DNA of 64,000 nucleotides, from NCBI GenBank assembly GCA_051532055.1, contig JAOPTX010000007.1, positions 64,001 to 128,000 of the forward strand, written 5' to 3'. The notes beneath the pieces are model-generated. The model worked only from the letters and a program-made list of their open reading frames with translations, was not told the origin of the DNA and ran no database searches. Positions 20,746 through 30,912 of the stretch are shown one piece after another. Source of the stretch: Fibrobacterales bacterium (GTDB taxonomy: Bacteria; Fibrobacterota; Fibrobacteria; Fibrobacterales; JAOPTW01). Position 1 is the stretch's first letter. Each line of letters begins with the position of its first letter. A program made the translations under genes and the position numbers.

Positions 20746-21624
20746 CTAATAAACCCGTGTAATGATAAAGTCTGCTATATCTTTTAAAATTGTTGTATCT
20801 ATTGAAAGTGCATCAAGGCACTCAATCGCCTTGGCATGATGCTCTTTTACTCTTTCTTTGGATTCTTCCATACCTAGTATTGCAGGGTAGGTTGCCTTTC
20901 CTTTTTCAATATCTGATCCAACATCTTTTCCAAGCTGTTCAGTTGTCGACTCTATATCGAGTATATCATCTACAATCTGAAATGCAAGTCCAATGTGGTT
21001 TCCATATTCAAGAAGTGCCTTTTTATCACTTTCGCTAATCCCCGCTACCAAACCTCCGCTCAAAATAGAAGCCTCAATAAGTGCAGCAGTTTTATGATAG
21101 TGAATATAGTTGACGGTATCGAGGTCAACTTTTTTGCCCTCTGATTCAATGTCGATAATTTGGCCACCGATCATTCCAAAGGTACCCAGAGCTTTAGCCA
21201 TTACCGAAACGGTTTCGATATTTCCTGTTTTTGCAAGAAGCTCAAAAGCAAGAATACACAGGGCGTCGCCACTGAGTACTGCTGTTGCTTCATCATACTG
21301 TTTATGTGCGGTAGGTTTGCCACGACGAAAGTCATCGTCGTCCATACAAGGAAGGTCATCATGAATGAGAGAGAAGGTGTGAAACATTTCGAGCGCACTG
21401 GTAACATAAAAAATGTCATCTCCAGTACCGCCACATGCTTCAAAAGCCGCATAGGCAAGTCCAGGGCGTAATCTTTTTCCACCGGCAAACATCGAATATC
21501 GCATAGCATCGTGCAGCCGCTTTGGGCGAATGTCATCTCCCGACATATGCTCATCAAACTTTGCCTCGCATAGGGATCCCACGCGTTTTAAATAGTCTAA
21601 TGCTCTTTGAGCGCTCTCGTTCAT
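20746..21624 (-). CDS. ispA: Polyprenyl (farnesyl/geranylgeranyl) diphosphate synthase
   Basis: GGKRLRP, LIHDDLPCMDDDDFRRGKP, FQIVDDILD. Confidence 0.93.
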   Translation of the reverse strand: MNESAQRALDYLKRVGSLCEAKFDEHMSGDDIRPKRLHDAMRYSMFAGGKRLRPGLAYAAFEACGGTGDDIFYVTSALEMFHTFSLIHDDLPCMDDDDFRRGKPTAHKQYDEATAVLSGDALCILAFELLAKTGNIETVSVMAKALGTFGMIGGQIIDIESEGKKVDLDTVNYIHYHKTAALIEASILSGGLVAGISESDKKALLEYGNHIGLAFQIVDDILDIESTTEQLGKDVGSDIEKGKATYPAILGMEESKERVKEHHAKAIECLDALSIDTTILKDIADFIITRVY

Positions 21625-21831
21625 ATATCAAACCTTTTTAATTGCCCCTGAATCGTTGAGATCAGGTATGGGAGGGTAAAGATAGGAAAAAGAGGAAATT
21701 TTTGGAGGGGGGGATTTTCACTCGAGTGAATGAATTGAGTCATATGAAACAGGATTTAAATAAAAGAGCTGAATCTAAGGCTTAATTTGTCGTTTTTAAG
21801 CGAAATAGTTGACTTTCCTTAAAAATAAAAA

Positions 21832-21986
21832 TGCCCGTGCGGTTCAAAATTTTGAATGTTTTTTCCAATTGATAGTGTGTCTCTTTCCATAAAGTCTTCC
21901 CATCTTATATGGCGGGCTTGATCGAACGGTCAGAAGGCTTACACTTTCATGCTGGGCATAAGACAAAATTTTGGGTTACACAGGCA
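21832..21986 (-). ncRNA. Second 6S-like rod-shaped RNA (candidate)
   Basis: On the minus strand, 5' UGCCUGUGU-AACC-CAAAAUUUUG pairs with 3' CAAAAUUUUG-AACC-GCACGGGCA. A central bubble, an inner stem and a downstream U-rich tail (21821-21831) follow. Confidence 0.55.
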
Positions 21987-21990
21987 AAAT

Positions 21991-22160
21991 ACAAGCATAT
22001 CGGCACATTAACTCTTCGAACTCTATGTTTCCTAAGGATTAGTGCTCGCGACCGGGTTGGATCTCCACTCCCAAAGAGGAAGGTCATGATCTACTTGCGG
22101 CCGTATCCGTACACTGTAACATATAGTGTTAGTCGAGAATTAATGTGCCAGTATGCTTGT
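21991..22160 (-). ncRNA. ssrS: 6S RNA
   Basis: 170 nt starting at the zapA stop codon, the conserved zapA-ssrS synteny. About 28-bp imperfect closing stem: ACAAGCATA..GGCACATTAA.TCT.CGA with TCGAGAATTAATGTGCCAGTATGCTTGT; inner stems also present. Confidence 0.8.
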
Positions 22161-22438
22161 TAATACTCACTTAACGTACTCACAATAGTATCTGTTTTTT
22201 CTTCAATTTGCAAGCACAATTTTTCTTTTCCAGCAAGCTCCTTCTCTGCTTTTAACAGTTCTCCTGCAAGAGTCATTGCGACAATAGTCAATTGCTTTTT
22301 TCTGTCTAGAATTTTAGAGGTTTCTTTAATTTTCCCCTCTACTACAGCAATGATTTCGCTTAACTCATCTGGACGAAGGTCTGTCTTTATCGGTATTTCT
22401 AAGCTTCCGATTATAATAGTTTTTGATTCAACGCTCAA
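22160..22438 (-). CDS. zapA: Cell division protein ZapA-like
   Basis: 92 aa; beta N-terminus (IIIGSLEIPI), LTIVAMTLAGEL helix and coiled coil; lies between a zapB-like gene and 6S RNA. Confidence 0.8.
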   Translation of the reverse strand: MSVESKTIIIGSLEIPIKTDLRPDELSEIIAVVEGKIKETSKILDRKKQLTIVAMTLAGELLKAEKELAGKEKLCLQIEEKTDTIVSTLSEY

Positions 22439-22446
22439 TCTATTAC

Positions 22447-22797
22447 CTAATACTCATGTTGATGTTCTTGATGCTCCTGGTGATGGTGCTCTTCATGAAC
22501 TTCTTCTTGATCGCTGGTTGACTCATCAGAGTCTAATTCGATTGAGTCCATTGCACTCAATAAGTATTCCAGTTTCTCAGATGCTTCATTGAGACGTCCA
22601 TCTTTTTCACCGACTTGCAAGTTCAGCTCTTCGAGTTCACCGTGTGCTCCGTTGAGCGATGCTTCGAGTTCTTCGACCCGTGATAGCAATTGGCGGTTCT
22701 TCTCATGTAGGTCACTGTTCTCACTTGACAGATTTCCAATAATTTCAAGTGCCTTTTCTACTTTACGTGAAACAACATCTAACTTTTGTATATCCAT
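22447..22797 (-). CDS. ZapB-like coiled-coil protein with an acidic/His-rich tail
   Basis: Heptad coiled coil (KVEKALEII..L..EN..L), immediately upstream of zapA. Confidence 0.65.
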   Translation of the reverse strand: MDIQKLDVVSRKVEKALEIIGNLSSENSDLHEKNRQLLSRVEELEASLNGAHGELEELNLQVGEKDGRLNEASEKLEYLLSAMDSIELDSDESTSDQEEVHEEHHHQEHQEHQHEY

Positions 22798-23092
22798 GTA
22801 CTCCTATCCTTCGTTCGCTATTTATAACATAATATAAAAAGAATCAGGGGTGTTACTGGTATATTTCCCCGAATTAAAAAAGTCTCAGGTCAAGGTTTTT
22901 CTGAGTTAAGGGTTCAATCTTCCTCCTTTGGACTTCGACGAAGGACAATTTTTAGTTTTTTACTTTTAGATTCATGTATCAATCTCTCAGGTAGATCTCT
23001 ACACCATGTTTAAAACTTCATTGAGAATCAGAGTATTTTTATTATCCTTTTTGTAATACCCAAACGTCAACGACATCTTACCCAGAGGCCCC

Positions 23093-24694
23093 ATGGATTT
23101 TAGTTATGAAGAACTCCTTCAATTTAGCGAAGACACAACCGAATACCGTAAACTCACTGACGATTATATAAGCGAGTCTGAATTTGAAGGCCAAAAGATT
23201 TTAAAAATATCAAAAGAGGGCCTCACCTTCTTAATGGAACACGCATTTTATGATGTTTCATTTAAACTCCGCACTGCACACCTCGAAAAGGTAGCCGCAA
23301 TACTTGAGGACCCAGAGGCGAGTGATAACGACAAATTTGTGGCATCCAATATGCTTGAAAATTCTGCAATAGCGATACATGGCCTCCTCCCAACCTGCCA
23401 AGATACTGGAACTGCAACAGTTTATGGCATTAAAGGACAACGAGTGTGGACTGATGCCAATGATGCGAAACATATTTCTCACGGTATCTTTAACTGCTTT
23501 CAGAAAAATAACCTTCGCTATTCACAGGTGGTTCCACTCGACATGTTTACAGAACAGAATTCGGGAACAAACCTCCCCGCACAAATTGATCTCCATGCAG
23601 AACGGGGAAGCGCCTATAAGTTTCTTTGTATGGCCAAAGGCGGTGGCTCTGCCAACAAATCCTACCTCTACCAACAGACGAAATCACTGCTCAATGAAAA
23701 AAGCTTTGAGGCATTTATACTCGAAGCAATCAAGGGACTTGGAACTGCAGCCTGCCCTCCGTACCACCTTGCATTTGTCGTCGGAGGAAGCTCTGCCGAC
23801 ACTACTATGAAAATGGTTAAACTTGCATCCGCAGGGTATCTCGATAACCTCCCTACATCGGGGAGCGAAAAAGGCCGGGCATTTAGAGATATCGAGTGGG
23901 AGCAGAAGATTACCGACATGTGTTATAAACTGGGAGTAGGAGCACAATTTGGTGGCAAGTATTTCGTCCACGATGTAAAAGTAATTCGCATGCATCGCCA
24001 TGCAGCATCATGTCCTGTGGGCATTGCAGTAAGTTGCAGTGCAGACCGCAATATTAAAGGCAAGATCACTCGTGAAGGCATTTTTCTAGAAAAGATGGAA
24101 GAACAACCGGGACGATTTTTAAAAAGCACACAAATAACCATGAAACCCGCCGTAGAAATCGACCTCGACAAACCGATGGTTGAGATTTTAGAAGAACTCT
24201 CTAAACATCCAGTAAAAACACGGCTATCCCTTTCAGGCACTATGATTGTCGCACGAGATATTGCTCATGCGAAATTGAAAGAACTCCTCGATAGTGGCAA
24301 GGAGCTCCCTGACTATTTTAAAAATCACCCAGTCTACTACGCCGGCCCCGCTAAAACCCCCGAGGGCATGGCAACAGGAAGTTTTGGTCCAACCACAGCC
24401 AATCGTATGGACCCCTATGTTGACGCTTTTCAAAAAGCTGGCGGCTCAATGATTATGGTTGCTAAAGGAAATCGTTCACTACAAGTGACTGATGCTTGTA
24501 AGGAAAACGGCGGTTTTTACCTTGGTTCAATTGGTGGCCCCGCCGCCATTCTCGCTCAAAACAATATTTTAGAAGTTGAAACCATCGATTTTGAGGAACT
24601 CGGGATGGAAGCAGTTCGAAAAATTAAAATTAAAGATTTCCCTGCCTTCATTATTGTCGATGACAAAGGTAATGACTTCTTTGCCACAATCTAA
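23093..24694 (+). CDS. fumA: Class I (Fe-S) fumarate hydratase
   Basis: [40 protein letters not shown]. Confidence 0.96.
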   Translation: MDFSYEELLQFSEDTTEYRKLTDDYISESEFEGQKILKISKEGLTFLMEHAFYDVSFKLRTAHLEKVAAILEDPEASDNDKFVASNMLENSAIAIHGLLPTCQDTGTATVYGIKGQRVWTDANDAKHISHGIFNCFQKNNLRYSQVVPLDMFTEQNSGTNLPAQIDLHAERGSAYKFLCMAKGGGSANKSYLYQQTKSLLNEKSFEAFILEAIKGLGTAACPPYHLAFVVGGSSADTTMKMVKLASAGYLDNLPTSGSEKGRAFRDIEWEQKITDMCYKLGVGAQFGGKYFVHDVKVIRMHRHAASCPVGIAVSCSADRNIKGKITREGIFLEKMEEQPGRFLKSTQITMKPAVEIDLDKPMVEILEELSKHPVKTRLSLSGTMIVARDIAHAKLKELLDSGKELPDYFKNHPVYYAGPAKTPEGMATGSFGPTTANRMDPYVDAFQKAGGSMIMVAKGNRSLQVTDACKENGGFYLGSIGGPAAILAQNNILEVETIDFEELGMEAVRKIKIKDFPAFIIVDDKGNDFFATI

Positions 24695-24728
24695 AGCAGC
24701 GTTGAACACAGATTACCCTATTTTAACC

Positions 24729-24767
24729 CATACAATAAAAGGCTCCAGTGGAGTCTTTTATTGTATG
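24729..24767 (+). terminator. Long hairpin after fumarase
   Basis: CATACAATAAAAGGCTCC-AGT-GGAGTCTTTTATTGTATG, a near-perfect inverted repeat. Confidence 0.7.
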
Positions 24768-25376
24768 AACTCCACCTTTTTTACCTAAACACCTTGAAAT
24801 TTATTTCAACTCGATAGCTTTTATCAACAACTACATCATTTTTTCAATCTATTAACACTATTTATTAACCAAATAAATCATTTGAAGTATTTGAGTAAAC
24901 AAAATTGTTACCACCGCATGTAGCATATTTAGAAGAATATTCCAACACCCAATATATAGTACTAACAAGGCCACCATACAACCAAATAAGGTATACCATG
25001 TTTTAAGTCATATTCTACTAGGCTTTAAAAAGGTCTAAACTTTTTACCCTAACTATATCAACACTCTGTTAACAAATCCAGTCTCCAAACCATAAGAAAC
25101 GCGAATATTTCTTACCATTTAGTCAAGTTCACATTCTATCAACATTCGAAGCGTCCTCAAACACCCCCTCCCAAGCGATGAATCAGAATCCACAATTCGA
25201 GTGACCGAAACGAAAATTCGCCCTTTACAAACAAAAATACACTTCTTATACAACATGATAACAGTTTAAAAAATAGTGCACTCCCTCCTCTTCGCTTTAG
25301 AGTTAATTACCGCTTTCAACGCCCCTTTTCTATCTTTTCCCCAAAACAAACCACCTTTTCCTAATTGGAGGCTCCT

Positions 25377-27212
25377 GTGCCTGATTATAGATCGAAGAAA
25401 TCGACCCATGGACGTAATATGGCTGGCGCTCGCTCACTCTGGCGCGCTACCGGCATGAAAGATGATGATTTTGGTAAACCAATCATTGCGATTGCCAACT
25501 CATTCACTCAGTTTGTGCCTGGACATGTTCACTTAAAAGATCTTGGTCAGCTCGTAGCACGGGAAATTGAAAAAGCAGGCGGTGTTGCAAAAGAGTTTAA
25601 CACCATTGCCATTGATGACGGCATCGCAATGGGCCACGAAGGTATGCTCTACAGCCTCCCTTCACGTGAGCTTATCGCCGACTCTGTTGAGTATATGTGT
25701 AACGCCCACTGTGCAGATGCTATTGTGTGCATCTCTAACTGTGACAAAATCACTCCCGGTATGCTCCTTGCTTCAATGCGCCTTAATATCCCTGTAATAT
25801 TTGTTTCGGGGGGCCCTATGGAAGCAGGCAAAGCAGTGATAGATGGTAAAGAAGTGCACCTTGACCTTGTTGATGCAATGGTTAAAGCTGCAGATGATTC
25901 AGTCTCTGATGCCGATGTTAAAACTATTGAAGAGAATGCCTGCCCAACCTGTGGATCATGTTCAGGTATGTTTACTGCAAACTCTATGAACTGCCTTACT
26001 GAAGCACTCGGCCTTGCACTCCCTGGCAACGGAACTATTGTAGCGACCCATGCTGCACGAGAAGAACTCTTTTTACAAGCAGCACGCACTATTGTTGCCA
26101 ACTGTAAAAAATACTATGAGCAGGATGATACGTCGGTACTTCCGCGCTCTATTGCCAACTTCAATGCATTTGAAAATGCTATGCGCCTTGATATTGCTAT
26201 GGGCGGCTCCACTAATACGGTACTCCACCTTCTTGCCATTGCGCAAGAAGCGGAAGTTAACTTTACTATGCAAGACATGAACCGCCTCTCACTTGAGACT
26301 CCATGCCTCTGTAAAGTTGCACCAAACACCGACAAATACCACATCGAAGATGTCCACCGCGCTGGTGGCATCATGAGTATCCTTGCAGAACTCAGAAAAG
26401 GTGGCCTTTGGAATGAAGGATGCTTCTGCGTACACGAAAAAACTCTTGATATAGCGATTGAAAAATGGGATGTTACTAACAACCCCGAAAGTGCTGTAAC
26501 TGATATGTACAAAGCGGCGCCTGGTAACAAACCAAATCTTATCGCATTTTCTCAAAATGAGCGATTTACTGAGCTCGACCTCGACCGTACTGAAGGATGC
26601 ATACGTTCAGTAGAAGGCGCCTACACTAAAGATGGTGGTCTCGCTGTTCTCTATGGGAACATTGCCCTTGATGGCTGTATCGTTAAAACTGCCGGCGTTG
26701 ATGAGTCGTGCTGGGTATTTGATGGTAAAGCCCGTATATTCGAATCTCAAGATGATGCTATTGAAGGCATCCTCAGTGGATCAGTTGGTGCCGGTGACTG
26801 CGTTATTATTCGCTATGAAGGCCCTAAAGGCGGACCCGGCATGCAAGAGATGCTCTACCCAACCTCATACCTTAAATCACGAGGCCTTGGTAAAGAATGC
26901 GCACTCCTTACTGATGGACGCTTCTCTGGAGGAACGTCTGGACTCTCTATTGGACATGCTTCACCAGAAGCTGCTGAAGGTGGAAACATCGGTCTTGTTG
27001 AAGAGGGCGATATCATTAAAATCAACATTCCAAAGAGAATTATCTCTATGGATGTGAGTGATGATGAACTTGCAAAACGTAGAGCCACTATGGAAGCTAA
27101 AGGCGCAACAGCATGGAAACCAAATCGTGACCGCATTGTATCGACTGCACTCAAAGCCTATGCAGCCATGACTACCTCTGCCGATAAAGGCGCGGTGAGA
27201 AGACTCCCATAA
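25377..27212 (+). CDS. ilvD: Dihydroxy-acid dehydratase
   Basis: [36 protein letters not shown] start at 25377 after GGAGG. Confidence 0.98.
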   Translation: MPDYRSKKSTHGRNMAGARSLWRATGMKDDDFGKPIIAIANSFTQFVPGHVHLKDLGQLVAREIEKAGGVAKEFNTIAIDDGIAMGHEGMLYSLPSRELIADSVEYMCNAHCADAIVCISNCDKITPGMLLASMRLNIPVIFVSGGPMEAGKAVIDGKEVHLDLVDAMVKAADDSVSDADVKTIEENACPTCGSCSGMFTANSMNCLTEALGLALPGNGTIVATHAAREELFLQAARTIVANCKKYYEQDDTSVLPRSIANFNAFENAMRLDIAMGGSTNTVLHLLAIAQEAEVNFTMQDMNRLSLETPCLCKVAPNTDKYHIEDVHRAGGIMSILAELRKGGLWNEGCFCVHEKTLDIAIEKWDVTNNPESAVTDMYKAAPGNKPNLIAFSQNERFTELDLDRTEGCIRSVEGAYTKDGGLAVLYGNIALDGCIVKTAGVDESCWVFDGKARIFESQDDAIEGILSGSVGAGDCVIIRYEGPKGGPGMQEMLYPTSYLKSRGLGKECALLTDGRFSGGTSGLSIGHASPEAAEGGNIGLVEEGDIIKINIPKRIISMDVSDDELAKRRATMEAKGATAWKPNRDRIVSTALKAYAAMTTSADKGAVRRLP

Positions 27213-27234
27213 AACTAAACAGTAACAACTCTTT

Positions 27235-27260
27235 AAGCCCAGTCTTTACTGGGCTTTTTT
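27235..27260 (+). terminator. Intrinsic terminator of ilvD
   Basis: AAGCCCAGT-CTTT-ACTGGGCTT followed by TTTT. Confidence 0.85.
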
Positions 27261-27301
27261 AATACCCGCAGCAAACTACCATTAGAAATAGGCACATACA
27301 T

Positions 27302-27853
27302 ATGGCACCGAAAAACAGAGACCACCTCCTCCTCCCCTTTCAGATTGTCACCATTATTTGGGCAGTCTTTATTATTGATGCCGTTCTTCCCGGAACCTTC
27401 AATCACTTTGGAATTTTACCGCGAACCCAATGGGGGCTCATTGGTGTGATTGCATCTCCTTTTCTTCATGGATCACTTTCACATATAACAAGTAATACCG
27501 TACCGCTCATGATACTCACTGGTGTCACTGCACTCTTTTATCACCGAAAAACGTTTGGAATTTTACTCTCAATTACCATTATCAGTGGCTTATTGGTCTG
27601 GGCCTTTGGACGGCCTTCTTATCACATTGGTGCGAGTAGTGTAATTTTTGGATTAATTGGATTTCTTATTTCCTTCGGACTCTTCCACAGGAAGTTTATT
27701 CCAATTATCATTTCGGTATTGATAGGACTCACCTTTGGAACCACCCTACTCATGGGCATTCTCCCCAATCAACCTGGAGTATCTTGGGAAGGTCATCTCT
27801 TTGGCGCCGTAGCCGGAGCTATAACCGCCCGTTATCTCGCAAAAAAATCATAA
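27302..27853 (+). CDS. Rhomboid-family intramembrane serine protease
   Basis: SPFLHGSLSHITSN, HIGASS (catalytic Ser), SWEGHLFGA (catalytic His). Confidence 0.92.
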   Translation: MAPKNRDHLLLPFQIVTIIWAVFIIDAVLPGTFNHFGILPRTQWGLIGVIASPFLHGSLSHITSNTVPLMILTGVTALFYHRKTFGILLSITIISGLLVWAFGRPSYHIGASSVIFGLIGFLISFGLFHRKFIPIIISVLIGLTFGTTLLMGILPNQPGVSWEGHLFGAVAGAITARYLAKKS

Positions 27854-27872
27854 CAGCATTTTAGCGGGACCT

Positions 27873-28766
27873 CTAAAATGCTACCTGCAGACCAAAACTG
27901 GGAATGATGGTAACCCCATCCATTTCTACCGTGTCATTATTGAGTACTGCATACTCTCCATAATTTTGATTATAGACACTGAGTGAAAGAATAAGAAAAA
28001 CATGCTTATAGCCCGCCTTCACATTTACAAAGGGACCATAAGAGACAAAGCCACTCTCTTGCTCTGGAATAACTTCAAGCTCTTCAAGATCGCCATCTAC
28101 AGTCCTAATAATGTCAACGGTCCCAAATTTTTTGAATTCATAAGTGATCGATGTATAATTTACCGCTAATCCATAGTTGATCGATCCATATTTTTCATCG
28201 GGGCCAAAAGAGTTACCAAATATTAAACGCCCAAGAATATCACTCCGTGCAAACTCATACCCGAGCAGTGATTGTACTTTACCCGCTATTGAAGGAAGGT
28301 CGTAATCTTGAGAGGAATACTGAAGGCCAAACGAACCGTACATTGCCTCCCCTGTCTCTGAACCGATGGCCGCAGTAGAGCCCATAAATTGATACTGCAC
28401 ATCATAAACCTTAACACGACCAGCGTAGGTAAAGCCGAGGTCAAATCCTTTAAATAAACCATAGCGTATATAGAAGCCTGTACCAAATGCTATAGGATCT
28501 ACAGATTGCGCCACTACAAGCTCAGATAAATTATGAAGGCGGTCAGGTTCAACAACTGTGGAGTCAGCATTGAGGTTATCTACTTCGTCTTCAATTTCTC
28601 CTGAAACGATATTCATCGTATTGAGTGGAATGTTTGGTGACATATCCATCCCAACCTTAAAACTACCCTTTGGAGTTACCTTTGCAGATTGAGAATTATA
28701 TCGCGGTGCAGCACATTGAGTAAACAATACTACAAGAAATACTAATGCCACATATTTAAAAACCAT
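27873..28766 (-). CDS. Hypothetical lipoprotein / possible outer-membrane beta-barrel
   Basis: Lipobox-like FTQC, alternating aromatic beta-strand pattern, C-terminal GLQVAF. Confidence 0.6.
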   Translation of the reverse strand: MVFKYVALVFLVVLFTQCAAPRYNSQSAKVTPKGSFKVGMDMSPNIPLNTMNIVSGEIEDEVDNLNADSTVVEPDRLHNLSELVVAQSVDPIAFGTGFYIRYGLFKGFDLGFTYAGRVKVYDVQYQFMGSTAAIGSETGEAMYGSFGLQYSSQDYDLPSIAGKVQSLLGYEFARSDILGRLIFGNSFGPDEKYGSINYGLAVNYTSITYEFKKFGTVDIIRTVDGDLEELEVIPEQESGFVSYGPFVNVKAGYKHVFLILSLSVYNQNYGEYAVLNNDTVEMDGVTIIPSFGLQVAF

Positions 28767-28938
28767 ACCATCTCCTTAATTAAATCAATTAAATAATAAG
28801 AAAATTCACATACTCATTCACCTAATCAAGAACCAACTGTGATATACCTCACAATCCTGTATGCAATTTTTCTATAACGCACTCCCCTTTTACACAAATC
28901 ATTCTATTATAACACTATACGTTCTAATAACCATCCTC

Positions 28939-30177
28939 ATGATACACCTTGCTCTAAACCATGCTACTCCACATTATTCTGAGATCATATCAACGATTCT
29001 CAACAGTGAAAGAACATTATTCCCTTTTATACCTGCAGGAGCAGGCGCCTACTTTTCAAATGCAACTCTTGAACACTGTATTGAAAATGAAGCCCTCTAT
29101 GACCAATTTACCCTGACAGGATCTTCACAAAGGTCTGTCCTAACATACTCAAGTGGCGAAAGAAAAAAGGCACTCCTCAATCATCTCTTGAGTGCATCTC
29201 CCGACTATCTCATTGCTGAAAACCCCTTTGATGCCCTAGACGTAGAGAGTGTTGAAACATTAAGTAATCAACTCATTGACCTTTCACATACCCTACCCAT
29301 TATCCAGATTTTTAACCGCACCAGCGAACTCCTCCCTTTTGTAACCCATAGTGTCGTAGTTTCAGAAAAAGGGCCCCAACTCATTCCAATTGTTGAATAT
29401 ATAGCTGAATTTCACACTACTCCACCTTACACATTACATGAGCCCCTCCCTAAAGCCTTGATTGAACAGCCCCATGTCTCCAATGAACTTGTACACTGCG
29501 CCAAAATATCTGTTTCCCATCTCGACAAACCCATTCTCAGCGACATTAAATGGACTATTATGAGAGGAGAGTTTTGGCAACTCAAAGGGCCTAATGGTTC
29601 AGGGAAAACAACGCTACTCACCATGATAACTGGCGACAATCCAAAAGGCTATGGACAAGAGCTCTATCTCTTTGGCAAAAAACGTGGCAGCGGGGAAACG
29701 GTATGGGATATCAAACAGAATATTGGCTATTTTACCCCACCAATGATGGACCGCTTTAACACTCATCACACAGTATTAGAGATGGCACTCTCAGGTCTAA
29801 AAGATACCATTGGCCTCTATGTTAAAGCATCCAGAGTCGAGGTCCTTCTTGGTAGAGAATGGCTTGGCCTTGTTGGACTTTTTGATAAGCGTAATGATCG
29901 TTTTAAAGATCTCTCGGAGGTAGAACGGCGCATCATACTTATTATACGCGCCATGATTAAACACCCACCCCTCCTTATATTAGATGAGCCATCGATGGGA
30001 TTAGATGATTATAGTACCAGTATTCTCTCTGCATTGGTCAATAAAATATCTGAGGAGAGTACAACTACTATCCTCTATGTCTCCCATAGAGATGACCCCG
30101 GACTCAACCCTCGCTCTATTTACAACCTTTCCCCGTCTACAACGGGCTCAACAGGGGGAGTCGAACGGTCATGCTAG
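28939..30177 (+). CDS. ModF-like ABC ATPase (degenerate N-terminal and intact C-terminal ABC domain)
   Basis: YSSGERKK/ENPFD remnant domain, then GPNGSGKTT, ITGDNP, LILDEP, YVSH. Start uncertain (28939 or 28861). Confidence 0.8.
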   Translation: MIHLALNHATPHYSEIISTILNSERTLFPFIPAGAGAYFSNATLEHCIENEALYDQFTLTGSSQRSVLTYSSGERKKALLNHLLSASPDYLIAENPFDALDVESVETLSNQLIDLSHTLPIIQIFNRTSELLPFVTHSVVVSEKGPQLIPIVEYIAEFHTTPPYTLHEPLPKALIEQPHVSNELVHCAKISVSHLDKPILSDIKWTIMRGEFWQLKGPNGSGKTTLLTMITGDNPKGYGQELYLFGKKRGSGETVWDIKQNIGYFTPPMMDRFNTHHTVLEMALSGLKDTIGLYVKASRVEVLLGREWLGLVGLFDKRNDRFKDLSEVERRIILIIRAMIKHPPLLILDEPSMGLDDYSTSILSALVNKISEESTTTILYVSHRDDPGLNPRSIYNLSPSTTGSTGGVERSC

Positions 30178-30698
30178 AAGAGCAACATTGGGAATATCAA
30201 ACAAGCGAAAATAACCGCCAACGATTTACCATCGGTGAAACAGGCAAAAACACCTTGGTCTGTATTGGCATTAATCCAAGTACCGCCGCTCCAGGAAAGC
30301 TCGACAACACTATGCGTGCCGTAAAAAACCGATCAGCTGCACTCGGATACGACTCTTGGATTATGATCAACATTTATCCTCAGCGAGCCACAAACCCAGA
30401 TACCATTCATAAAAATATCCATAAAGACATACACTTAGAAAATGTGCACGTAATCAAAAAACTTTTTAAAAATAAGACGTATGATGTTTGGGCCGCATGG
30501 GGGACACTTATAGAAAAACGCCCTTTTTTGACCCCTTGTTTTCTCGACATTGTTGAAGTCATCAATGCACAGTCACGATGGATTACCATTGGTGCTCTTT
30601 CTAAAAAAGGACACCCTCACCACCCTCTCTATCTCAGAAACAACCTTCCTGTAGATCTATTTGACATTAATAGCTACTGCTCTATGCTCAAAAACTAA
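30171..30698 (+). CDS. DUF1643 family protein
   Basis: IGINPSTA, NIYPQRATNP, WAAWG, GHPHHPLY. Confidence 0.88.
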   Translation: MLEEQHWEYQTSENNRQRFTIGETGKNTLVCIGINPSTAAPGKLDNTMRAVKNRSAALGYDSWIMINIYPQRATNPDTIHKNIHKDIHLENVHVIKKLFKNKTYDVWAAWGTLIEKRPFLTPCFLDIVEVINAQSRWITIGALSKKGHPHHPLYLRNNLPVDLFDINSYCSMLKN

Positions 30699-30889
30699 AC
30701 AAGGTCACATGCATCGCCCAGCATCCAATGAGCATCTTCTCCATCCCATTTCACATTGCCCCCAATAGGATTTTTTTTTGATAGGGGAACGGACTCCCCT
30801 TTAGTGACTGCAGTAAGAACTTCATTGAGATCAAACTGTTACCCCTATTGAAAACTAAGAATGAGTAACCTTGTAGTAATAGATACAAC

Positions 30890-30912
30890 TATGCAAATGA
30901 AGTATTTGCATA
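30890..30912 (-). terminator. Hairpin immediately after the purT stop
   Basis: TATGCAAAT-GAAGT-ATTTGCATA. Confidence 0.5.

Noticed and set aside
21890..21920. GCCAT..GGGAAG resembling part of a cobalamin riboswitch
   Set aside because: The other B12-element motifs are missing and no B12-related gene lies downstream.
21909..22163. 84-aa + strand ORF from the track
   Set aside because: No recognisable protein features. It overlaps the 6S-like stems and the zapA stop, and the RNA explanation fits better.
24770..25270. Chromosomal origin oriC
   Set aside because: No visible strand-bias switch, no perfect DnaA box and no dnaA/gidA-type neighbours. Retained only as a box-like cluster.
24770..25376. 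Ile/Leu/Val attenuator or T-box upstream of ilvD
   Set aside because: I found no branched-chain-rich leader peptide, T-box motif or adjacent terminator.
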